DNA of 64,000 nucleotides from Nemertoderma westbladi (Eukaryota; Animalia; Xenacoelomorpha): assembly GCA_032718475.1 (NCBI GenBank), contig JAUCBJ010006371.1, forward strand, positions 1 to 64,000, written 5' to 3'. Below are positions 53,971 to 64,000 of this stretch, piece after piece; the first letter of the stretch is position 1; each line of letters opens with the position of its first letter. The notes under the pieces were generated by a model. That model ran no database searches, had not been told where the DNA came from, and saw only the letters and a program-made list of their open reading frames with translations. Made by a program: the position numbers and the translations under genes.

Positions 53971-55486
53971 GATCCAACGGATTCTTCCTTCCAGCCCCCC
54001 CCCCCCCCCCCCCCCTCTCCCCCTCTCGCACAATAACACATCCCATCCTTGCAATAACCCTCGACTTCTACTTGATATCTCACAAATGAACTCCTCACAT
54101 CCCTTATACATCTGCATTCATTCCTGGCCAATTCTCAGTAAATATCATTCCCTGTAAACACAACCCCAGTGCTGCTCCCTACTCGCGTTATTTCAATAAA
54201 TTATATGCATCCCATGATCATGGGATAATTTCATGAAGATGTTCCCAATTAAATCAAACTGTTTTCCCCTCCTATTGATTGTAATAGAGCTCTTTTTGGA
54301 GCCATGTCGGGGGTATCAGCACAGCTCAGCGCTGTCCGTTTGTTAGTCTACTGTCTCCTCTCCAGCACTGAGTACGGAAATGATTGGGATATTCGAACAA
54401 GGTGTGTGCAACGCAAATCGAAACAAGTTAGCGCGTACACAGTTGCTGACATAAAATCGATACACTTTAATCAACAAAAATATATGAGAGAGCATTGTTA
54501 CTGCTGATTGAAACCCAGTGTGACGCCATTTTACTGTTAATTCATTGAGAACGTCTTCTTAATCACCGAAATTTCATGACACTTTCAGCCCAAATGAGGG
54601 AGGAGAACCAGAAGCGATGCTTCTTTATACTGATTGTCTGATAATCATGCCGCCTTTGGTAAATTCAATTATGATCTCTGATTAGTTTCCGGAACGCCGG
54701 GGGTGCAAAATGATAAAACTTGAAAAGGTTCCTTTAAGCGTTTCATAAAGGATATCTCGATGACTCATTGTAGCATTGGCTTTCTCTGCAGCTGGTTAGC
54801 TGCGTAATTGGCCGTGACTTTGTTACTTACCTGGTATCAGTACTACCTGCCTCCTTCAATAATGATGTAGGTATAGCTACTTTAACCTTAACATTTAATT
54901 AGTCCTGTTTAACAATAATTTAGTATGAGGCACATAGAATTCATCTCAACTCAAACCATTGACTCTAAATAGATGGATTTTTACAATTCAGGGATTTGTT
55001 ATTATTAATGAGCAGAATTTATTATATATTTTTTAGTGTCAGAAAAACGGTAGAAAGAAGAGTATGGGATGATGCACACTTTTTGCTCTACTTATGCCAA
55101 CATAACGAATTAGTCTGATTATGTCTGGTCTGGTTATCTGTCTATGGCCCATAAGGTGCCCCGCACAAAATTTGAGCTCTCAAAACGGTGGATTTTATCT
55201 CGCTCGACAGACAGATTAACAAACCAGATTTAGGGTTTGAGTTCCACAAACTACAATTAGACGACAACAATGGTGATACCCGAGATCCATAAAACTAGTT
55301 TATTTCTAAAGTATTACGAAATAATAAAGCCATTTAATATTAATTAAAGTAATAAATTAGTAAACAAAATTTGCAAAAATTCAATTAGCACGAAGACACT
55401 TCTACATGGCTTAGTCACTACATGTAGAGTGGTAAAAAGAAAATACATTTAAGAAACTATTAAGAAATACGCTCGAAAAAAAACAA

Positions 55487-57730
55487 CTATAACGCCGTTT
55501 CTTTTTTGTTATTAATAACAAAAGTGTAGTCAAGGGCTGACGTTGCTAGTGGAATTGAGGTCTTGATAGGAGCGGCGATGTCCCCATTGGTTGTCACCTT
55601 GGTAATCGCAATGTCGTCGCAAGCCTCGTAAAATTTTGAATTATCAAAGAAATTCGCCTGTGTGGAGGCGTTTGATTGGTAGGGGAGAGGGGACCCTTCG
55701 CAGGACCAATCAGGGATCGAGGATTGTCCGGACCAGCGTCTATCCCGCAACCCTATAACCTCATTGGTCGATGAGTGTGACATAATCTCCAGTGATTGGT
55801 CCTTAGGTTGTGGGTCTGGGGGCGCGAGTAGGGGGGAATCCGATAGCTTGCCGACTACTCCGTTACGCTTGGGTTTATTCAGCGAGCGGGATACCAAACT
55901 CAACATCTGTTGTATCTGGCGTTCGTGCCGTGTGAGTCGCACGGACACCCCGCTGTCGCTGTCCACGCCCCCGAGATGGGGCGACTCGCGCGCCGGCGGC
56001 CGGATCTCCCGGAGTACCGCGGAGAGATTCGACGGAAGACTCTGTTTTATTCTCTCATCGTCGCTGAACGCGCCGCTGTACGCGGAACCCCGCTCCAACG
56101 ACTCGGGAGTCACTTCGTATTTCATCGACTTTTTATCGGAAGCCGATTTGCTCTTAGTAATTGTATTACTATCTCCCGCTCTGGGTGATTTATTAGCGAG
56201 ACAATGGGTGGAGGTGGATGTCAATTGCCTCGATGTCCCTCCCCTGTATTCCCCTATCAATAGGTCTAGCATGCGGCTCTGTGCCGACAGCGAGGCGCAG
56301 ACACCAACCCCGGGGTTCCGAGACAACGATCTACTAGAGCAGCGGGGTTGCGCGACTACTGGCGGTTGAAGCGTCGCATCCGATATCTGTACCCATAGAT
56401 CGTCGGGAGTTTTTATTTCAGTTGTGGGATTTGTTTCGGGATTTTGGGTGTCTGGCAAGACGTTCAATATATCCTCAGTGCGTGGTGGCCCCCTTCCGTT
56501 GTGTAACTGAATCACTCTCGGGTTTGCACCGAAAGCCACTGCATTATTCTCTACAGGGGAAAATAAGAGTTTCTTTTTCATTTTTCGTGTTTTGTTGATA
56601 ACATTGCTGCCGAGTTTACAGAGCTCCTGGCGCAAAGAGGAATGTATTTTACCACCACTAGAGGGTTGAATGTCCTGGTCTATGATGGATATGGGGGAGT
56701 CGCCTTTACTGGATATAGAAAGAGACCGGGGGATGCCGGTGATTGGTGGGGGGAGACCTCCGCAGCTGCTCCCTGAGGTTGAGCAACTGAGCACGTGATT
56801 GGTCCGCGGTAGGTCGGGGCTACGGGAGGTAGACAAGGGGGGTCGGTCGTTAGGCAACGGGGGTTTACCGGAGGGACCCAACTTATTGCACACGACGCCG
56901 TTAGGGGTCGTATCTTCGAGAGGTTTGGAATCCTTCGAGGCGACTTCGTTGTCGGAGACCCCGGAGGAAGTATCGTTGGCCCGAGTATCGGTTGCTAAGG
57001 AAACCGGTACGCCGTAAGTGGCCAGTAGACGGACTATATCAGTGTGGCAACCTTTGAGCGCGAGTTTAAGAGGAGTTCGGTTGTAGCGGTCGGCGTGGTA
57101 CGGGTTGGCCCGGTAGGCCAGGAGGGTAGCGACAACGTCGCGATGGCCTTCCTGGGCCGCGATACACAAGGCCGTCGTATCCTGGTTGCAGCAGTGGTCT
57201 ATACGGGCCCCCTGGTTGAGCAGACGACCCACTATGGCGGCGTGACCCTGCCACGCAGCCGCCTGCAACGGGCTGCGTCGTTCCTTGTCGCAAGTGTTGG
57301 GCCGCGCGTGGTATTCCAGTAAGAGATTCACCATGGCCGTGTTGCCCTGCCAACAAGCGACGTGGAGTGGAGTCCTTCCCTGGTTGTCCTGACACTCTAC
57401 GTAGGCGTCGTTATCCAATAGGAACCGGGTCATCTGTAGCCGATTCTCTAGGGCCGTCATGTAGACTACCGATCTACCGTCACTGTCCCGCTGGTTGATG
57501 TTGGATCCCTTCATTAGGAACAGGTTGACCAGCTGGAAGTGGCCCTCCAACGCGGCAACCCGTATCGGCGACTGTTCCCCCAGGTCCCGGTGGTCCATCT
57601 TCGCTCCTCGGTTAATCAGCATCTTGCACGTGTCGATGTGGCCCTCGGAAGCGGAGAATATCAGCGCGGTTCGACCTTCCATGTCCGTGTCATCCACATT
57701 GGCGCCAGCGTCAATGATCGTTTGACATAC
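55487..57730 (-). CDS. ANKRD50: Terminal exon of an ANKRD50-like ankyrin repeat protein
   Basis: About 7 ankyrin repeats matching ANKRD50 (RVAALEGH, ALEN, LHVACWQG, LQAAAWQGH, DHCCNQ.TALCIAAQEGH); long Ser-rich tail; C-terminal KKETAL (ANKRD50 KKETPL). Acceptor ttcag|GTATGT at 57730, phase 0; TAG at 55487-55489. No upstream exon found in the window. Confidence 0.9.
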   Translation of the reverse strand, partial: VCQTIIDAGANVDDTDMEGRTALIFSASEGHIDTCKMLINRGAKMDHRDLGEQSPIRVAALEGHFQLVNLFLMKGSNINQRDSDGRSVVYMTALENRLQMTRFLLDNDAYVECQDNQGRTPLHVACWQGNTAMVNLLLEYHARPNTCDKERRSPLQAAAWQGHAAIVGRLLNQGARIDHCCNQDTTALCIAAQEGHRDVVATLLAYRANPYHADRYNRTPLKLALKGCHTDIVRLLATYGVPVSLATDTRANDTSSGVSDNEVASKDSKPLEDTTPNGVVCNKLGPSGKPPLPNDRPPLSTSRSPDLPRTNHVLSCSTSGSSCGGLPPPITGIPRSLSISSKGDSPISIIDQDIQPSSGGKIHSSLRQELCKLGSNVINKTRKMKKKLLFSPVENNAVAFGANPRVIQLHNGRGPPRTEDILNVLPDTQNPETNPTTEIKTPDDLWVQISDATLQPPVVAQPRCSSRSLSRNPGVGVCASLSAQSRMLDLLIGEYRGGTSRQLTSTSTHCLANKSPRAGDSNTITKSKSASDKKSMKYEVTPESLERGSAYSGAFSDDERIKQSLPSNLSAVLREIRPPARESPHLGGVDSDSGVSVRLTRHERQIQQMLSLVSRSLNKPKRNGVVGKLSDSPLLAPPDPQPKDQSLEIMSHSSTNEVIGLRDRRWSGQSSIPDWSCEGSPLPYQSNASTQANFFDNSKFYEACDDIAITKVTTNGDIAAPIKTSIPLATSALDYTFVINNKKETAL

Positions 57731-58111
57731 CTGAATAGATAAATAATAGCGAGGTGTTATTATTACGATGGCATTAACAATTACACGATTTGATCAATGT
57801 CATAATGCAGTGTATAGTACAATGCATAACTAATATTCAAAAAATTTAACATTATTTGATCTAGTTAAGTGAATTATTGGGTTAGATAATACTATTGAGG
57901 AGAAGAAAACAGAAGATGTACGATGTCTGTTTTGCGAGCAGCTAGACAGTGGTTCCTGTAACTAATGACTTGTTGTGCGAACATTGATGGTGACAACGGT
58001 TATTCCCGGGGGATCCCAAACTGTTCCACCTCCTGCTGCCATACACCACGAATCCATCCTGCATTCCTGCATCTCAAGGATTATTCAGGTTTTCCTTCAG
58101 TTGTTGGTTAC

Positions 58112-58382
58112 TGATGTGTGTATGTTGATATGGTGCCGATATGATGTGTGTATGTTGATATGGTGCCGATATGATGTGTGTATGTTGATATGGTGCCGAT
58201 ATGATGTGTGTATGTTGATATGGTGCCGATATGATGTGTGTATGTTGATATGGTGCCGATATGATGTGTGTATGTTGATATGGTGCTGATATGATGTGTG
58301 TATGTTGATATGGTGCCGATATGATGTGTGTATGTTGATATGGTGCCGATATGATGTGTGTATGTTGATATGGTGCCGATAT
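58112..58382. repeat. 30-bp tandem repeat x9 (TGATGTGTGTATGTTGATATGGTGCCGATA)
   Basis: Near-perfect copies in the ANKRD50 intron. Confidence 0.96.
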
Positions 58383-60265
58383 CTAACTGAGGGTAGGGCT
58401 GTACAGAAAGTGTAGCGTGGTTTATCTGCACTCGGGGGTATACGAACTTTTAGGCGCCCCCACCTACACACCCATATGTTAACAACGCCTCTGGGACTGT
58501 TAAAAACAGAGGATTCAATTAAGAAAATTTAACATTACTTAACTACATTAACTTCAGCTTAATTAACTTAACATAACTTCAGATAAACCTCTCCTGTCGC
58601 CATGTGACTATGGGAAGACAAAGTGCCGCGGTGTCAATACCAACGGGTTTAATTGAGAATTTAACATTGATGCGGGATATTAATTCGCCAAGGCGGGTTT
58701 TGCGTCGAGTTTCCCCCCTGTCTCTTCGGATCAGTACTTAAGGTTCTTAACAGCATTTGAGTGCCATTTAATTAATACGTTTAATGTTTATTGGTTTGAT
58801 GGTAGCCGCGCGCATTAAACCAAGAATAGGTGAACCAATTTGATAAAGTAGCAATGGTTATCATATATCAGGCCAGACGTTAAGGTTCCTCACATTATTA
58901 TTCACAAGGTGTTATTTGCCATGGGGAAGTTAAGTTGCTCGGAATGTGTGACGAATTGTGGCGTTAATAACCCAAGTTGTAAATGAGTTGGATCTTCTAA
59001 TCTGACTGCATATGGTGTCCCGCTGTCATCTAATCGTTTTCTGTCGCAAAAGCGTCTTTCATCACCACAGGGGGAGAGAGATACATGTGGTGATAAAAAC
59101 ACTGGCCATATGGTTTGGTTTAGTTAGAATTACAACACATAATGTACTCTTGGAATATTTTTGATGGGAATTTGCCTTACCAGAATAGAATACTAAACTT
59201 ATCATGTCACTTCAATTCTCCATCAGCCACCTTTGTAAATATATTGGGTGGCAATATGCGAAGCAGACTTTGCTGAGCTGTTCTAAAAAATAACTAATTT
59301 ACTTCATGGAAAATAATATAATGTATCGCTTATATGATTACATCAAGTTTTCTTTGAGACGGGGTGTAACCCGGATTTTCAATGAAACTTAATACTGGAA
59401 TTATTTTAATTAATTATTTTGCTTCACGGTTTACACATCTCATATTTATTTTATTTTAATAAACAATTATTTGTCGAAGAAATATTAATCTTAAATAACC
59501 ATCTTCTCCAACCTCCTGCCTTTTGCCAATCATATTGGGAGGGGGGGGGGGGGGGGGGGGGTGCTTGGGTTTGTCACAAAAAAAATGTGAAAAATGTTTC
59601 AATTTCCAGGACATTATTTCAACCTAAAACAATATGAAACTGTCCATGTGAGTACAGTACAATTTTAAACGGTTGCAGTTTTATTTTTTGGAGTAATCAG
59701 CTGTTATTTGCATCGATTTTCCCCGGGAGAATGATTAATTTTTATTGCGTCAAGACAAGAGTCCCCCATGCCCATATCTATACTTACCAGTTATGGCATA
59801 CTTAAAATGTGTGGCGTTAAATTAAAACCAGCGTAGTAAATTTACTAGTTCGAAATTTAATTATATACCGTTTAATTTTTCGCTACATATTTTGGTGCAT
59901 TTAATTGCGATCGTAAATGCTTAGCTAGAATTTAACGAGAACAAATGCCAAGAATCACTCCCAAACAACATAAATTGAATTATATTGCTGGTAAAGTTGA
60001 CAGCTTCGTACACTTATCTGGAACTTACTTGTGACATCAATTTGGCATCAATTCTTTAACTTGCATATAATGGGATTTCAGAATTATTGCGATGGGTTAG
60101 GGTGTAAAATGCGTTTAACGCAAGAATGCGGGTGGATTTGGGTAGATGTTTTCAATAATACGTGTTGTAATGTAATATAATGTAATGTATATGTTTACAA
60201 TAAACGGTATATTCAGAGACGGGTTCGGAGGGGGGGGGGGGGGGGGGGGGGGGGTGTATCCATAC

Positions 60266-63200
60266 AACCTACCTTTGTATATCCCTCACGGTTGTCCCCC
60301 GGTTGTCCCACTCAACCCACCTTTATATGTCCCGCGCGGTTGTTCCACTCAACCCACCTTTGTATGTCCCTCACGGTTGTCCCCCGGTTGTCCCACTCAA
60401 CCCACCTTTATATGTCCCGCGCGGTTGTTCCACTCAACCCACCTTTGTATGTCTTTCACGGTTGTCCCCCGGTTGTCCCACGCAATCCACCTTTGTATGT
60501 CCCGCGCGGTTGTTCCACTCAACCCACCTTTGTATGTCCCTCGCCGAAGTCCCACTCAACCCACCTTTGTATGTCCCCCACGGTTGTCCCCCGGTTGTCC
60601 CACTCAATCCACCTTTGTATGTCCCACGCGGTTGTCCCACTCAACCCACCTTTTGTATGTCCATCGCCGAAGTCCCACTCAACCCACCTTTGTATGTCCC
60701 TCACGGTTGTCCCCCGGTTGTCCCACTCAATCCACCTTTGCATGTCCCATGCGGTTGTCCCACTCAACCCACCTTTGTATGCCCATCGCCGAAGTCCCAC
60801 TAAACCCACCTTTATATGTCCCTCACAGTTGTCACCCGGTTGTCCCACTCAACTCACCTTTGTATGTCCCGCCCTGTTGTCCCACTCAACCCACCTTTGT
60901 ATGTTCATCATGGTTGTCCCACTCAACCCACCTTTGTATGTCCCTCACGGTTGTCCCCCGGTTGTCCCACTCAACCCACCTTTTTTATGATCCTCAGGGT
61001 TGCCCCCCGGTTGTCCCACTCAACCCACCTTTGTAAGTCCCACCCTGTTGTCCCACTCAACCCACCTTTGTATGTCCCTCACGGTTGTCCCCCGGTTGTC
61101 CCACTCAACCCACCTTTGTATGTTCCTCAGGGTTGCCCCCCGGTTGTCCCACTCAACCCACCTTTGTATGTCCCACCCTGTTGTCCCACTCAACCCACCT
61201 TTGTATGTTCCTCAGGGTTGTCCCCCGGTTGTCCCACTCAACCCACCTTTGTATGTTCCTCACGGTTGTCCCACTCAACCCACCTTTGTATGTTCCTCAG
61301 GGTTGTCCCACTCAAGCCACCTTATTATGTCCCTCCCAGTTGTCCTACTCAACCCACCTTTGTATGTCCTTTCCAGTTGTCCCACTCAACCCACCTTTGT
61401 ATGTCCTTTCCAGTTGTCCCACTCAACCCACCTTTGTATGTCCTTTCCAGTTATCCCACTAAACCCACCTGTGTATGTCCCTCCCAGTTGTCCCACTCAA
61501 CTCACCTTTGTATGTTCCTCAGGGTTGTCCCACTCAAGCCACCTTATTATGTCCCTCCCAGTTGTCCCACTCAACCCACCTTTGTATGTCCTTTCCAGTT
61601 GTCCCACTCAACCCACCTTTGTATGTTCCTCACGGTTGTCCCAATCAACTCATCTTTGTATGTCCTTCCCGGTTGTCCCACTCGCACTCAACCCACCTTT
61701 GTATGTCCCTCACGGTTGTCCCACTCAAACCACCTTTGTATGCCCCTCACGGTTGTCCCACTCAACCCACCTTTGTATGCCCCTCACGGTTGTCCCACTC
61801 AACTCACCTTTGTATGTTCCTCACGGTTGTCCCAATCAACCCACCTTTGTATGTCCCTCACGGTTGTCCCACTCAAACCACCTTTGTATGCCCCTCACGG
61901 TTGTCCCACTCAACCCACCTTTGTATGTCCCTCACGGTTGTCCCACTCAAACCACCTTTGTATGTTCCTCACGGTTGTCCCACTCAACCCACATTTATAT
62001 GTCCCACCCGGTTGTGCCACTCAACCCACCTTTATATGTCCCTCACAGTTGTCCCACGGTTGTCCCACTCAACCCACCTTTGTATGTTCCTCATGGTTGT
62101 CCAACTCAACCCACCTTTGTATGTCCTTCCTTTCCAGTTGTCCCACTCAACCCACCTTTGTATGTTCCTCACGGTTGTCCCCCGGTTGTCCCACTCAACC
62201 CACCTTTGTATGCCCCTCCCAGTTGTCCCACTCAACCCACCTTTGTATGTTCCTCCCGGTTGTCCCACTCAACCCACCTTTGTGTGTCCCTCCCAGTTGT
62301 CCCACTCAACCCACCTTTGTATGTTCCTCACGGTTGTCCCACTCAAGCCACCTTTGTATGTTCCTCACGGTTGTCCCACTCAACCCACCTTTGTATGTTC
62401 CTCCCGGTTGTCCCACTCAACCCACCTTTGTATGTTCCTCACGGTTGTCCCACTCAAGCCACCTTATTATGTCCCTCCCAAGTGTCCCACTCAAGCCACC
62501 TTTGTATGTTCCTCACGGTTGTCCCACTCAACCCACCTTTGTATGTTCCTCACGGTTGTCCCACTCAACCCACCTTTGTATGTCCCTCCCAGTTGTCCCA
62601 CTCAACCCACCTTTGTATGTTCCTCCCGGTTGTCCCACTCAACCCACCTTTGTATGTTCCTCACGGTTGTCCCACTCAACCCACCTTTGTATGTTCCTCA
62701 CGGTTGTGCCACTCAAGCCACCTTATTATGTCCCTCCCAAGTGTCCCACTCAAGCCACCTTTGTATGTTCCTCACGGTTGTCCCACTCAACCCACCTTTG
62801 TATGTTCCTCCCGGTTGTCCCACTCAACCCACCTTTGTATGTTCCTCACGGTTGTCCCACTCAAGCCACCTTATTATGTCCCTCCCAAGTGTCCCACTCA
62901 AGCCACCTTTGTATGTTCCTCACGGTTGTCCCACTCAACCCACCTTTGTATGTTCCTCACGGTTGTCCCACTCAACCCACCATTGTATGTCCCTCCCAGT
63001 TGTCCCACTCAACCCACCTTTGTATGTTCCTCCCGGTTGTCCCACTCAACCCACCTTTGTATGTCCCTCACGGTTGTCCCACTCCACCCACCTTTGTATG
63101 TCCTTTCCAGTTGTCCCACTCAACCCACCTTTGTATATCCCTCCCAGTTGTCCCACTCAACCCACCTTTGTATGTTCCTCACAGTTGTCCCACTCAAGCC

Positions 63201-64000
63201 ACCTTTGTATGTCCCTCCCAGTTGTCCCACTCAACCTACCATTGTATATTCCTCACGGTTGTCCCACTCAACCCACCTTTGTATGTTCCTCACGGTTGTC
63301 CCACTCAACCCACCTTTATATGTTACTCACGGTTGTCCCACTCAACCCACCTTTGTATGTCCCTCCCAGTTGTCCCACTCAACCCACCTTTGTATGTTCC
63401 TCACGGTTGTCCCACTCGCACTCAACCCACCTTTGTATGTCCCTCCCAGTTGTCCCACTCAACCCACCTTTGTATGTTCCTCACGGTTGTCCCACTCAAC
63501 CCACCTTTGTATGTTCCTCACGGTTGTCCCACTCGCACTCAACCCACCTTTGTATGTTCCTCACAGTTGTCCCACTCAAGCCACCTTTGTATGTCCCTCC
63601 CAGTTGTCCCACTCAACCTACCATTGTATATTCCTCACGGTTGTCCCACTCAACCCACCTTTGTATGTTCCTCACGGTTGTCCCACTCAACCCACCTTTG
63701 TATGTTCCTCACGGTTGTCCCACTCGCACTCAACCCACCTTTGTATGTTCCTCACAGTTGTCCCACTCAAGCCACCTTTGTATGCCCCTCCCAGTTGTCC
63801 CACTCAACCTACCATTGTATATTCCTCACGGTTGTCCCACTCAACCCACCTTTGTATGTTCCTCACGGTTGTCCCACTCAACCCACCTTTGTATGTTCCT
63901 CACGGTTGTCCCACTCAACCCACCTTTGTATGTTCCTCACGGTTGTCCCACTCGCACTCAACCCACCTTTGTATGTTCCTCACAGTTGTCCCACTCAACC
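60266..64000. repeat. 37-bp satellite GGTTGTCCCACTCAACCCACCTTTGTATGTTCCTCAC (with longer variants), running off the window end
   Basis: About 100 diverged tandem copies, preceded by a poly-G tract. Confidence 0.96.

Noticed and set aside
55764-57742. Plus-strand ORFs opposite ANKRD50
   Set aside because: Antisense shadows of a GC-rich coding exon with no recognisable motifs
58902-59102. 66-aa minus-strand ORF as an upstream ANKRD50 exon
   Set aside because: No ankyrin consensus (expected ...TPLH.AA.EGH) and it ends in a stop codon
24136-64000. CRISPR-like arrays (30-39-bp and 61-bp repeats)
   Set aside because: Head-to-tail repeats with no unique spacers and no cas genes, in a spliced eukaryotic gene context

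Overview
Animal (invertebrate-looking) nuclear DNA. The + strand carries the last 10 exons (564-47725, about 1,744 codons, frame continuous across GT-AG junctions I reconstructed by eye) of a vault PARP gene (PARP4: PARP catalytic - VIT - vWA - long linker - MVP-binding end). The - strand carries the terminal exon of a convergent ANKRD50-like gene (55487-57730). Most of the window is intronic tandem repeat (39, 65, 182, 61, 34/35, 20, 30 and 37 bp units) plus non-autonomous DNA transposons (CACTG-ended, Tc1/mariner-type MITE, Kolobok-like, piggyBac-like), a decayed Merlin/IS1595 transposase and tRNA-derived SINEs. The giant ORFs in the track are satellite artefacts. Two things stand out. (1) The large PARP4 linker exon contains an in-frame actin N-terminal fragment whose D-loop region is identical to actin over 21 aa while the flanks are diverged. 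The same exon has a 14-3-3-like helical segment, a WASP-like basic/Pro-rich/WH2/acidic-Trp layout and other short mimic-like motifs, which suggests an integrated decoy/bait region or a link to the actin cytoskeleton. (2) Two introns grew by tandem amplification of their own splice junctions: about 330 copies of the 3' splice site and 13 copies of the 5' splice site. All homology calls come from remembered family sequences, not database searches.
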